A program made the translations under genes and the position numbers. The notes under the pieces are model-generated. The model did not search any database, was not told where the DNA came from, and saw nothing but the letters and a program-made list of their open reading frames with translations. A stretch of DNA of 64,000 nucleotides from a bacterium (GTDB taxonomy: Bacteria > Patescibacteriota > Minisyncoccia > Phycocordibacterales > JAUSHB01): contig JAUSHB010000013.1 of assembly GCA_030648955.1 (NCBI GenBank), forward strand, positions 76,675 to 140,674, written 5' to 3'. Below, one piece after another: positions 39,013-48,056 of the stretch. Within the stretch, counting starts at the first letter, position 1; the number at the start of each line of letters is the position of its first letter.

Positions 39013-39083
39013 GCGGGATTAGTTTAATGGTAGAATAGGAGTTTTCCAAACTCTTGACGGGAGTTCGATTCTCCCATCCCGCA
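39013..39083 (+). tRNA. tRNA-Trp (anticodon CCA)
   Basis: Acceptor GCGGGAT/ATCCCGC; anticodon stem GAGTT/AACTC with loop TTCCAAA; T-arm GGGAG-TTCGATT-CTCCC. Confidence 0.8.
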
Positions 39084-39091
39084 CATTTTAT

Positions 39092-39126
39092 AAAAAACTC
39101 CTCAATAATTATTGAGGAGTTTTTAC
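39092..39126 (+). terminator. Rho-independent terminator after tRNA-Trp
   Basis: Perfect hairpin ACTCCTCAATA-ATT-ATTGAGGAGT followed by TTTT. Confidence 0.6.
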
Positions 39127-39351
39127 TAAACTGTTTTGCGGGATGAGCAAGCCGACTGCTTGGCTTGCGTGGAGAATCGAACAGCGGAGTCGTGTTTTTT
39201 CATCAGAAAAAACAGACGAGCTTCCCCTTCGGGGCCACCTTGCATCTTGCCTCGTTGCACTTGGCATAGATGCATGCCTACGGCAACGGATGTATCAGCA
39301 AGCAGTTGCTGATACATCCCAGTCCGAGCCGAGCGACATTGTTTTCTTAAG

Positions 39352-39470
39352 AGCGACCTAAATTTCTTACGAGTAACACGAGTGTAGAAATTGGAAGTGC
39401 CAAGAGTCCGACCTAAATTTCTTACGAGTAACACGAGTGTAGAAATTGGAAGTGCCAATTGGCCGTAGCG
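39352..39470. repeat. Two tandem copies of the ~53-bp repeat (same family as 37726-37850)
   Basis: Read directly; the copies are almost identical to each other. Confidence 0.6.
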
Positions 39471-39521
39471 ACTTAGAAAACAAGAAGTACTCCTGTGGTG
39501 CGGTAGCGAGGCGAGAGTCGC

Positions 39522-39542
39522 GGGAGATTCTCCCATCCCGCA
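39522..39542 (+). repeat. Direct repeat of the tRNA-Trp 3' end (GGGAG-ATTCTCCCATCCCGCA)
   Basis: Matches tRNA-Trp 39059-39083 except for a 3-nt deletion; att-like duplication 440 bp downstream of the tRNA. Confidence 0.55.
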
Positions 39543-39679
39543 TTGGCCAACAAAAAAGCTGATCTTTTGGTCAGTTTTTTTGTTTTATGTTAACAAGCAG
39601 AGAAGTAATTATTTGAGCACATGAGTTGGTGGCGGTGCCCAAAATAGGGTTAAGAATTTCCATCTCGCTCTCGCTAGGG

Positions 39680-41839
39680 TTAAAATTTAAGAAGGTCTGT
39701 TTCTGTATGAATTCGAGGCGGGGCATCTTTTTCAGTAAGGGTTGTGGGAATTATAATCGATACGGTTGTGCCCTTGTCTTCCTCTGATTCAATACCAATG
39801 ATTCCTTTGTGGGTCTTAATGATATTATTTGCGATGAAAAGGCCTAACCCCGATCCATCTGTTTGAGCACGAAGTGCTTTTACTGAGCGAAAGAACTTAG
39901 TAATAAGAAGTTTTTGGATGTCATCTTGAGGTATTCCTATGCCATTATCCTTGATTATGATTTTCACGAAATCACCTTCTTTTTTCACGGTAAGCATAAC
40001 GTGTTTATCGGGGGGAGTGTAATTAATCCCATTTTTTATAATATTGGAGAGTGCAAGAGATAGCCGTCCCGCGTCAAAATAAAAGAGGGGGATAGGAGTT
40101 GAGGGAAGATCAAGATCAAGAGCCACCTTCTTCCAGTGCGCGATAGTTTTCATACTTGCAACGACATCAGTAACGGTGTTTATTATATCTCCCTGTTTAA
40201 ATTCGTATCCAAATCGACCATCCTCAATGTAAACAACATTAAGAAGGTCGTTAATAAGACTAATCATGCGCTCATTCGCCTGGTACCCCTCCTTGAGAGA
40301 ATCTAATTGATCTTTGTTGAAGATCTCTCGCTCCGTTTCAAGTGCCATATTAAAAGCCCATTTTATGGCAGAGAGGGGGGTACGCAATTGATGTGCGACA
40401 ATAGTAATAAAATCACTTTTATTTTTATCAATAAGTTTTTCACGTGTTACATCACGAATAATCTTAACGAATTGCTTGCGTTCTCCCGACCAATTTTGTT
40501 CTTCTGAAGCTACGGTAAACGTAATAATCTGGAGACTTCTCGGCGAAGGATGTCGTATGGTAATCTCGGTCATAAGGTCTGCTGACGTAGAAGATGGATC
40601 GCGCTGGGGGTCTTTTTCTGCATAATTAAGGTGAATAACTTCAGCAAGTGACGAAAGTTCTTTATCGGTCACATCTTCGCCTGTTATTTTTTTCCCCACA
40701 ACATTGTTGCGATTAAACCCCAAAAGTTCTTCAGCGGCTCTATTAACACGAAGAACAGAAAAGTTGTTGTCATATTCAATAAGTCCCAGTACTAAGTTTT
40801 CAATAATCGCATCAGTGTGTAGTTTTGCACGGCTTAACTCCCCTGTGCGCTCTAACACAATTGCTTCAAGATTTTGATTGAGATTCTTAAGTGCAATATT
40901 TGCTTTCGCCAATTCTTCTCTTTGTCCTACCTCGCGAAGTGTTCCACGTATGAGAAAGATTCCCAAAATAATGACACACAAGAGGAGCGCGGAGTTTAAA
41001 ATTCGTTGCTCTGTTGTTTCGGAAAAAACAATAAGAAGGAATAAAAATCCCCAAATGCTAAATGTGAGGATTTCGGTAGCAATCACGCGAATATTAAAAA
41101 GATGATGTTTTACAATTGCGTAAAAGAAACCTATGCCAAAAATTGGAGCTGCGAGTGACGCAATGGCTGGAGAGCCGTTTACTCCATACCATGTCATAAA
41201 TCGTGATCCACCAGCCAAAAGGCCGATAACGATACTGATGAGCATCCACGTTATTTGATTTTTAACAAAAGGCATTTTAGCGGTGCGTGACATCCAAAGA
41301 ACAAAACCAGTATAAAGAGTTCCGGCAAAGAAATACAAATAAAGGAAGTGGAAAAATTTCCCAGGCACAGGCTCAAGTATTCCGTCCGAAACAACAACAA
41401 CCCCTTTCACTATAAAACCTGAAAATTTAAAAAGATCTGAAATGAGAAGTGTAATGATAATTCCTGCAACAAAGAAAGAAACAGTAAGCCCCGTTCTGTG
41501 GGCGCGCCTAACGATTCCCATATTTTCTTCATAAAAACGAACTGAAAAATTATTTACACTGGCAGTAAGGACTGCAATAAAAATCACAGAAATAACCCTA
41601 AGAACACGGGCAAGCTCCAATTTTTCCGGGGATGTTATTTCAAAAAAAAATCCAAAGAGTCCCCAAATCGCAATAGCTAATAGTGCAAAAACGAATGATC
41701 GCGCCGACTTATTTTTGTTTGCTGCAGTGAAAAGAAAAAGACACAACAGCCCCGAAATAAAAAAAGCAAAACCGGAGGCAAACGTCTGAATAAGTCTTGG
41801 GTCGCTAAACATATATACAGTATACCCCGTGAGAACCAA
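39680..41839 (-). CDS. Polytopic-membrane sensor histidine kinase (multi-TM N-terminal sensor, PAS, HisKA, HATPase_c)
   Basis: 719 aa; roughly 8 N-terminal TM helices; H-box (ITIVAHQLRTPLSAI); G-boxes (KDNGIGIP; GSGLGLFIANNII). Confidence 0.85.
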   Translation of the reverse strand: MVLTGYTVYMFSDPRLIQTFASGFAFFISGLLCLFLFTAANKNKSARSFVFALLAIAIWGLFGFFFEITSPEKLELARVLRVISVIFIAVLTASVNNFSVRFYEENMGIVRRAHRTGLTVSFFVAGIIITLLISDLFKFSGFIVKGVVVVSDGILEPVPGKFFHFLYLYFFAGTLYTGFVLWMSRTAKMPFVKNQITWMLISIVIGLLAGGSRFMTWYGVNGSPAIASLAAPIFGIGFFYAIVKHHLFNIRVIATEILTFSIWGFLFLLIVFSETTEQRILNSALLLCVIILGIFLIRGTLREVGQREELAKANIALKNLNQNLEAIVLERTGELSRAKLHTDAIIENLVLGLIEYDNNFSVLRVNRAAEELLGFNRNNVVGKKITGEDVTDKELSSLAEVIHLNYAEKDPQRDPSSTSADLMTEITIRHPSPRSLQIITFTVASEEQNWSGERKQFVKIIRDVTREKLIDKNKSDFITIVAHQLRTPLSAIKWAFNMALETEREIFNKDQLDSLKEGYQANERMISLINDLLNVVYIEDGRFGYEFKQGDIINTVTDVVASMKTIAHWKKVALDLDLPSTPIPLFYFDAGRLSLALSNIIKNGINYTPPDKHVMLTVKKEGDFVKIIIKDNGIGIPQDDIQKLLITKFFRSVKALRAQTDGSGLGLFIANNIIKTHKGIIGIESEEDKGTTVSIIIPTTLTEKDAPPRIHTETDLLKF

Positions 41840-41863
41840 AAATTAAATATTTTCCTGAATATT

Positions 41864-41905
41864 GCCCACAAAAAACCACGCATTACTGCGTGGTTTTTTG
41901 TGGGC
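41864..41905. terminator. Perfect 18-bp-stem hairpin GCCCACAAAAAACCACGC-ATTACT-GCGTGGTTTTTTGTGGGC (terminator downstream of hup)
   Basis: Perfect palindrome with internal A/T tracts; lies between the minus-strand hup stop and the start of the upstream histidine kinase. Confidence 0.6.
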
Positions 41906-41924
41906 AACCTAACGCAAGTAGAGG

Positions 41925-42197
41925 TTACTTCACCGCCTCTTTAAGTGCTTTTGCTGCGCGGAACTTAGGAACCTTCATGGTCGGTACTTGTATAGCTTCT
42001 CCTGTCTTTGGATTGCGTGCGGTTCGTGCTGCGCGTTGTTTTACTGAAAAAATACCCAATCCTGCAATTGAAACCTCCTGTCCTTTCTTCATGGTGTTTA
42101 CAATGGAACCAATGACTGTATCCACCACCTCTTCTGCGGCAACCTTTGTGCCACCGAGTTTTTCGTGTACTGCGTCTACTATCGCTTGTTTATTCAT
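41925..42197 (-). CDS. hup: DNA-binding protein HU
   Basis: 90 aa; canonical HU sequence (GLGIFSVKQRAARTARNPKTGEAIQVP). Confidence 0.85.
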   Translation of the reverse strand: MNKQAIVDAVHEKLGGTKVAAEEVVDTVIGSIVNTMKKGQEVSIAGLGIFSVKQRAARTARNPKTGEAIQVPTMKVPKFRAAKALKEAVK

Positions 42198-42414
42198 AAT
42201 AGTTGTTTGTTATTGTTGATAAAAATATTAAACGTTTACTTTTCTTCCCAAACACGTGCGTGTTATGTACATGAATCGACCTTTATTAACGACCCACCTC
42301 GCACCCTTGTTGGGGAGAGAGAAGTCTTTGGTGTTCAGTAATCATTATATAGGAAGCCCTTTTTTGTGCAATGTGGGTGTGTCAACCGTCGAATACGAAG
42401 GAAATAAAGATATA

Positions 42415-43965
42415 TTATCGTGCATATTCAATCGCACGCATCTCTCGTATGACGTTGACCTTGATTTCTCCGGGGTATTTGAGCTCATTTTCAACTCGCG
42501 TTGCTATATCTGCGGCAAGTTTTCTCGCCTCAAGGTCGCCTACTTTGTCTGGCGTTACAAATATCCTTATTTCTCGGCCTGCCTGAAGCGCAAAGCATTT
42601 TTCGACTCCTGGAAAGGAGTTCGCAATTGCTTCAAGATCATGAAGTCGTTTGAGATAGTTCTCAACACTGTCGCGCCTTGCTCCTGGTCTTCCTCCGGAA
42701 ATAGCATCTGCTGTTTGTACAATAATAGATTCAAGGGTCTCATACGGATATTCTTCATGGTGTGACTGCATCGCTTGAATGATGCGATTATCAGCGCCGA
42801 ATTTCTGAAGAATCCTTCTTCCAATCTCAACGTGTGTTCCCTGGACTTCGTGATCAACCGCCTTACCAAGATCATGAAGAAGCGCTCCCGCACGAGCGAC
42901 AGCGGGGTCAGCGCCCAGTTCTTCCGCGAGCATTCCGGAGATATGAGCCATTTCGATCGAATGCTGAAGAACGTTTTGTCCGTAGCTTGTTCTAAAATAC
43001 AGTCTACCCAAGATTGAAATAATGCGTGGGTCAAGATTGAATACCCCGCACTCATACGCGGCTTGCTCACCTTTTTCTTTAATGATTTTGTTAATGGTTT
43101 CTTTTGATTTTTCCACCGCCTCCTCGATTTTTGCTGGCTGGATCCTTCCATCGAGGATTAAATTTTCAAGAGCCACGCGTGCGATTTGTCGGCGCACCGG
43201 ATCAAATGAGGAAATGACGATTGATCCCGGCGTGTCGTCGATAATAACCTCAACTCCCGCGGCACGTTCAAAAACCTTTATATTTCTTCCTTCTTTTCCG
43301 ATAATTTTACCCTTTAAGTCGTCAGAAGGGATGGAAACCGTTGTCGCCATGATTTCCGATGCTGTTGAAGAAGCCAAGCGTTGTATCGAAGTTGTGAGAA
43401 TATCCTTTGCCTTTCTATCTAATTTTTCAATTCCCTCAAGTTCAAGCTTCCTCATTCGTACAAGAATATCTTCTTCGTATTTCTTTTCTACAGCCTTGAG
43501 TAGTTCTTGCCTGCCCTCTTCCTGTGAAAGTTTTGCAACACGTTCAAGTTCAAGCTCCGAATCTTTCATTCTCTTCTCCATTTTTTCCTTAATTTCCTTA
43601 ATCTCCTCCGCTTTTTTCTTAAGATGCTCTACCTCGTGGTCGATATCAGTTTGTCGGTTGTCGAGAAGCCCTTCTTTCTTCACTAAACGCTCTTCAGTTT
43701 TTTTGTATTGGAACTCCTTTTCTTTTTCTTCCTTTTTTATTTCTTCAAACACTTGCGCTGCTTTCTTGTCTGCTTCCTCGGTTATCTTTTGCGCTTGTTC
43801 CTTAGCGGAGACAAGCATGTTTTTTATTTCAAGCTCCATGGAACCACGCTTGCCCAAAGATACGATCCAGCGGAGGAAATAGCCGAATGCGACACCAGAA
43901 AGACCCGCGACTGCGAGCAGGAGGAAAACTAATTTTAAACTCATAATAGGGCGATTAACTCGCAC
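42415..43965 (-). CDS. rny: Ribonuclease Y
   Basis: 516 aa; N-terminal TM anchor, coiled coil, KH domain (IIGKEGRNIKVFE), HD domain (LLHDLGKAVDHE). Confidence 0.85.
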   Translation of the reverse strand: MRVNRPIMSLKLVFLLLAVAGLSGVAFGYFLRWIVSLGKRGSMELEIKNMLVSAKEQAQKITEEADKKAAQVFEEIKKEEKEKEFQYKKTEERLVKKEGLLDNRQTDIDHEVEHLKKKAEEIKEIKEKMEKRMKDSELELERVAKLSQEEGRQELLKAVEKKYEEDILVRMRKLELEGIEKLDRKAKDILTTSIQRLASSTASEIMATTVSIPSDDLKGKIIGKEGRNIKVFERAAGVEVIIDDTPGSIVISSFDPVRRQIARVALENLILDGRIQPAKIEEAVEKSKETINKIIKEKGEQAAYECGVFNLDPRIISILGRLYFRTSYGQNVLQHSIEMAHISGMLAEELGADPAVARAGALLHDLGKAVDHEVQGTHVEIGRRILQKFGADNRIIQAMQSHHEEYPYETLESIIVQTADAISGGRPGARRDSVENYLKRLHDLEAIANSFPGVEKCFALQAGREIRIFVTPDKVGDLEARKLAADIATRVENELKYPGEIKVNVIREMRAIEYAR

Positions 43966-44219
43966 CTTGTGGTGTTGTGGCGTGTTGAAAAAATTCTTCC
44001 TTAGAAAGTATATTCGAGATTGGGCTTAAAACACAAGAAAACAACATTAAAGAATTTACATGCGACAGATCTGATGTTCAGATACAGACAAGAATTTGCA
44101 ACCGATCCACACAAGGCAGAGCCAACAAATTAAATGATTAATATGCTACAAAAATTTTAAAAATACTACATTTCGATAGTACCAGATTATTCACACGATG
44201 TCCACAGGCGTGTCATTCA

Positions 44220-44261
44220 GCGTGCCTGCCCTGCCTACCGGCAGGCAGGCGGTAGGCAGGG
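44220..44261. repeat. GC-rich palindromic element containing CCTGCCTACCGGCAGGCAGG (family member E)
   Basis: About 70% GC; 44230-44249 is the reverse-complement variant of the 20-mer at 30192-30211; flanked by further GGTAGGCAGG units. Confidence 0.6.
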
Positions 44262-44343
44262 ACTATACGCGGACCAGCGCGGAATAAGGAAAATCCCCCA
44301 GAAAGGTGGGCCGAATTCTGGCAAAGTCAGAATTCGGACGGAA

Positions 44344-44377
44344 AGAAGCTTTTGAATCTTAAGAAGCTACTGAAGCT
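44344..44377. repeat. GAAGCT 9-bp-periodic repeat arm ((NNNGAAGCT)x3) at the clpP stop
   Basis: AAGAAGCTTTTGAATCTTAAGAAGCTACTGAAGCT read directly. Confidence 0.55.
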
Positions 44378-44383
44378 CAATTA

Positions 44384-44971
44384 CTACCTTGGGTTCTTCG
44401 GTTTATAGATATCATCAACAATCCCGTATTTCTTAGCTTCTTCGGCAGACATATAAAAATCTCGTTCAGTGTCTTTTTCAACTTGTGCAAGGGGTTTGCC
44501 GGTGTTTTTTGCAAGGATTTTATTGAGATTTTCTCGAGTTTTCAAAATATGCTTTGCGGTAATAGCAATATCTGTTGCTTGGCCTTCAATCCCACCCCAT
44601 GGCTGATGGATCATCACTTCTGCATTGGGGAGGATAAATCGTTTTCCTTTTGATCCCGCGGAGAGAAGTACCGCCGCCGCAGAAGCTGCAATGCCGACGC
44701 AAATCGTTGCGACATCGGGCTTGATGTGCTGCATGGTGTCATACATTGCCATCGCGGCAGTTACTGATCCGCCAGGGGAGTTGATATAAATGCCGATGTC
44801 TTTTTTGGGATCCTCTGATTCAAGAAACAAGAGCTGTGCAATAACAATATTAGCAGTATGGTCATCAATTGATCCTCCCAAAAAGATGATACGCTCACGT
44901 AAAAGACGCGAATAGATATCGTATGCGCGCTCGCCAAACTGGGATTTTTCTATAACGGTTGGTATTAACAT
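44384..44971 (-). CDS. clpP: ATP-dependent Clp protease proteolytic subunit ClpP
   Basis: 195 aa; catalytic Ser context ([11 protein letters not shown]), His (MIHQP) and the full ClpP fold sequence. Confidence 0.9.
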   Translation of the reverse strand: MLIPTVIEKSQFGERAYDIYSRLLRERIIFLGGSIDDHTANIVIAQLLFLESEDPKKDIGIYINSPGGSVTAAMAMYDTMQHIKPDVATICVGIAASAAAVLLSAGSKGKRFILPNAEVMIHQPWGGIEGQATDIAITAKHILKTRENLNKILAKNTGKPLAQVEKDTERDFYMSAEEAKKYGIVDDIYKPKNPR

Positions 44972-45166
44972 AGTAGGGATAGTATAAAGTATCAGGTATA
45001 AAGTATCAAGTATAAATCGTGTAGCGTTATTGTCCGACCGGTATATTTCTGGTAAAAACCACTAAGCGATTACATTTCGGTAGGGAATTTACTCCTACAA
45101 GGGGTTGACAAAAATATTAAAAAGTGCTATTTTATAAAGCGGAATAAACTTGATAAGGAGTGAATA

Positions 45167-45559
45167 ATGACGCACTATCTGGCATTAGGTGTTTTTGCAC
45201 TTTTGTGTGCCCTTTTTGCTGCATGGGTATCACAAAAAAAGGAATCTGTTGTCTGGGCAGCGAGTGCTTTTCTTCTGGTTAGTTTAGGTACGGCATGTGT
45301 CTATTTTTGGGCAATAGATAGTCCTAATAAGCCTACTTTTACTCAGACTAACGAGGGTAAAAACAAGGTGTATGTTTCTAATGATGGTATTACAAGCACG
45401 CTCGGATGTGAGAAAACAAGCATTATGATCGTGCACATTCTCGATGGCAGGGAATATACGCATCAACTTGAATGTCTTTCGTCCGAGATCTATACATCAT
45501 TAAAAACGGAAGCGGGACAAACACTGTATGTTCCCGAATGGTACGTTCCCTCAAAATAA
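45167..45559 (+). CDS. Small membrane hypothetical protein
   Basis: 130 aa; two TM helices; followed by a strong intrinsic terminator. Confidence 0.5.
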   Translation: MTHYLALGVFALLCALFAAWVSQKKESVVWAASAFLLVSLGTACVYFWAIDSPNKPTFTQTNEGKNKVYVSNDGITSTLGCEKTSIMIVHILDGREYTHQLECLSSEIYTSLKTEAGQTLYVPEWYVPSK

Positions 45560-45587
45560 CTTCGACCTTAATTTCAAATTTCCCCAC

Positions 45588-45621
45588 AGCGCGCAGATTA
45601 CTCTGCGCGCTTTCTATTTTT
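45588..45621 (+). terminator. Rho-independent terminator (AGCGCGCAGA-TTACT-CTGCGCGCT plus TTCTATTTTT)
   Basis: 10-bp GC-rich stem followed by a T-tract on the plus strand. Confidence 0.6.
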
Positions 45622-45742
45622 ATCAACGCAATATATCAGATCACTTCTTATCATATGATGTATCGTATGATAAGGTCACACGATATCTGCTTATTTACAT
45701 AGGTTTAACCTATGTAATAACCTATGTAAATTACGCATATGT

Positions 45743-46756
45743 TTACTGTGACACCCGTTGATTTTCTAAAAATTGCAAAACTTTTTCATTAGTAATGATG
45801 TTGGTCACATACGCTCGTGCACGAACAGGATCCGCGTCTTTATGGTGCTTCAGGATATGCGCAATTTCTTTTTCTATTTCGTCGGTCGACGGGACAATCT
45901 TTTCTTGAGAGGCAATGTTGTGTAATATAAATTCTATTTTTGAACGTTTTTCCGCATCCGGAGCAAATTCTTTTCTCATATCTTCTTCGGTTTTCCCTGC
46001 TTGTTTGAGGTATTCTTCGAATCGTGCTTCCATCCGGGCTACATCTCCCTTAAATTGCTCCATCATTTTATTAAGTTCTTCTTCGACGACGATTTTTGGT
46101 ACGGTGATTTCTGTCTCTACAAGAATGCGGTCGATAATTTTCATCCGTTTTTTACTTCGCGCACGATCCGTTTTTTCACGCACAAGGTGATCTTTAAGTT
46201 TTATTTTAAAATCAGTAACGTTTTCATACGAACCGAGTTTTTTTACAAACCCATCATCAAATATTGGCAACTCTCCGCCACTCTTTGATTGCTGCGCGGT
46301 TTGTTTTCTGATGTTTTCAATCGCTTCAGAAACCTCTTTCTCGCTTACTTCAACAACTTCTTCTTTTTCTGCCGCAATTTCCACCGCTATTTTTTTATAA
46401 TCAGGAAGTTTTACTTCGGGTACAACCGCAACGGTGATTACAAATCCCAATGGACTTCCTTTGGCAATTTTAGTGATGCGTATATCTGGTCTCCCCAATG
46501 GGTCGATGTTGTGTTCAGCAAGAAGCGCGGGATATGATTCTCCAAGAGCAAGCTCCGCCATCTCGTAAAGAATTTTTTCTTCGCCGAGCTTTTGGACGAT
46601 AATATTTTCAGGAACTTTTCCCTTCCTAAACCCAGGAATCTCAAGATTTTCTGAGATGTTTTTAATGGCTTTTGGGCGAAATATTTCAAATTGTTCCACG
46701 GGAATCTCGCCAGTAATGGAAACTTCGCTCCGCTCAAGTTTTTTTAGTTCTGACAT
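45743..46756 (-). CDS. tig: Trigger factor
   Basis: Start at MSELKKLERSEV; ribosome-binding N-domain with GFRKGKVP motif, PPIase-like middle, C-terminal arm domain. The longest ORF extends to 46855. Confidence 0.85.
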   Translation of the reverse strand: MSELKKLERSEVSITGEIPVEQFEIFRPKAIKNISENLEIPGFRKGKVPENIIVQKLGEEKILYEMAELALGESYPALLAEHNIDPLGRPDIRITKIAKGSPLGFVITVAVVPEVKLPDYKKIAVEIAAEKEEVVEVSEKEVSEAIENIRKQTAQQSKSGGELPIFDDGFVKKLGSYENVTDFKIKLKDHLVREKTDRARSKKRMKIIDRILVETEITVPKIVVEEELNKMMEQFKGDVARMEARFEEYLKQAGKTEEDMRKEFAPDAEKRSKIEFILHNIASQEKIVPSTDEIEKEIAHILKHHKDADPVRARAYVTNIITNEKVLQFLENQRVSQ

Positions 46757-46785
46757 GAGCGATAGTTTAACGCACCAGCTCTTTA

Positions 46786-46830
46786 CTTGCAAGAACCCCC
46801 GCCTTCTTGCAAGAAGGCGGGGGTTCTTGA
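46786..46830. terminator. GC-rich perfect palindrome CAAGAACCCCCGCCTTCTTGCAAGAAGGCGGGGGTTCTTG (terminator-like hairpin)
   Basis: About 20-bp stem; a T-run (TATTTTTTG) follows on the plus strand about 8 nt downstream; lies between the 46856-47185 gene and tig. Confidence 0.5.
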
Positions 46831-46855
46831 GCGCCACGTATTTTTTGTGTAACAA

Positions 46856-47185
46856 TTAAAGCTGCGCGTCGATATTGTTCATTCCCGCATCAAGGTTATC
46901 GAAATTGGTTGCATCAAGATCTTTTTCAATGTCTGAAACTTCATTGGATGTTCCTTGAGTAAGAAGTGCGGCTGTTTCCTGATCCGGTGCCACAGTTTGC
47001 CCAAGAGAAGGCGCTTCTGTTGTGGTTGGTGCAGTGAATTCACTGCTTTGTATTATCCAGAAATAAATACCCCCAATAACAATAACCGCGATTACGATAA
47101 TCGAGCCAATGAGCGCACCTATCGATTTTTCCTCTTGAGGCGTTCCCGCAGGAGTCCCCGTTGGGTTTTGTTGTGTTGGTTCCAC
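46856..47185 (-). CDS. Small single-TM hypothetical protein
   Basis: 109 aa; TM helix IGALIGSIIVIAVIVIGGIYFWII. Confidence 0.5.
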   Translation of the reverse strand: MEPTQQNPTGTPAGTPQEEKSIGALIGSIIVIAVIVIGGIYFWIIQSSEFTAPTTTEAPSLGQTVAPDQETAALLTQGTSNEVSDIEKDLDATNFDNLDAGMNNIDAQL

Positions 47186-47222
47186 GTTGTGTTTAGTTTA
47201 GGTTTAATAAGGACAAAAATGA

Positions 47223-47882
47223 TTATGGTGTTGTAGTTGTTGCCGTTGTTGTTGCGGTTTTATTTCCCGACTTTCCTTTGAGTGCCACAATGGAATCAAT
47301 GAGAGCTTTATGTGCCCTTTTTGCCGCGTCTCGTACTTGTTCTACGTGGGCACGTACCGCTTCGAACGCTTCTTTGGGTGTTTCTGACTCTATCGCTTCC
47401 TGTGCCGCTGTTTTAGCCATACCAAGATGTGTTTCTGTGTTGGTGATTTCGGTTCTTGCGCTTACAAGAAGTGATCCCGCTTTCGTTGTATTCATCCCTT
47501 TTCCCCTAAGCTTGATGATTCTTTCTTCAATTCGGACTCCAAGTTTTTTAAGGCGTTCAATTGCGGCTTCAATGCGCTGAAACATCATTTCTGCTTGACG
47601 CTTGATGATTTCTTTGCGTTGCGCGGAAAGTTTTTCGATGCGCTCCTGACGGGGTTCTCCCATAGTGCTTGTTCCTCGTTCCATTGCTGTAGGTTTTGGG
47701 TTTCCTGTTATTTTTTGGTGTGCATCACGAGGGGGGAGCGGGAACTTGTTCGATGTTCCCGTTGCGTTACTTGTTGCGGAAGAAGACGCATCCCTGCGTA
47801 AACCCATTTCTGCTGATGCGATATTTGCGCCAATAACGAATATCATCGAGAGGGCAAATATAAATAAAATTGATTTTTGCAT
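47223..47882 (-). CDS. Secreted alpha-helical hypothetical protein
   Basis: 219 aa; signal peptide; helical/coiled-coil body; C-terminal ATTTATTTTP. Confidence 0.55.
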   Translation of the reverse strand: MQKSILFIFALSMIFVIGANIASAEMGLRRDASSSATSNATGTSNKFPLPPRDAHQKITGNPKPTAMERGTSTMGEPRQERIEKLSAQRKEIIKRQAEMMFQRIEAAIERLKKLGVRIEERIIKLRGKGMNTTKAGSLLVSARTEITNTETHLGMAKTAAQEAIESETPKEAFEAVRAHVEQVRDAAKRAHKALIDSIVALKGKSGNKTATTTATTTTP

Positions 47883-48013
47883 AATTACATATGGTTATTA
47901 ATATATGAATAAATGAAAATTACTTATTTTGTATTTGATGTATCATCAGTGGCCTTTCTAAAACAACGCAAAGTATCCCTTTAGTATATAGAACGAAAGA
48001 AGTGGTGACAACT

Positions 48014-48053
48014 GGAAAAAGAAAGAGGTTGTTAACAACCTCTTTCTTTTTCC
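48014..48053. terminator. Perfect palindrome GGAAAAAGAAAGAGGTTGT-TAA-CAACCTCTTTCTTTTTCC downstream of ppa
   Basis: 18-bp stem with internal T/A tracts, immediately after the ppa stop on the minus strand. Confidence 0.55.
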
Positions 48054-48056
48054 AAG

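Noticed and set aside
39165-39190. GGAGAATCGAAC (reverse complement of the T-loop GTTCGATTCTCC) suggesting a minus-strand tRNA
   Set aside because: The flanking sequence does not form a T-stem, acceptor stem or anticodon arm. It is probably another fragment of tRNA-like sequence within the repeat region, not a gene.
39126-39536. Minus-strand 136-aa ORF and plus-strand 72-aa ORF (39143-39361) in the six-frame track
   Set aside because: They lie entirely within the non-coding repeat region: terminator, tandem 53-bp repeats and the tRNA-Trp 3' direct repeat. The translations are low-complexity and R/S-rich, so they are most likely spurious.
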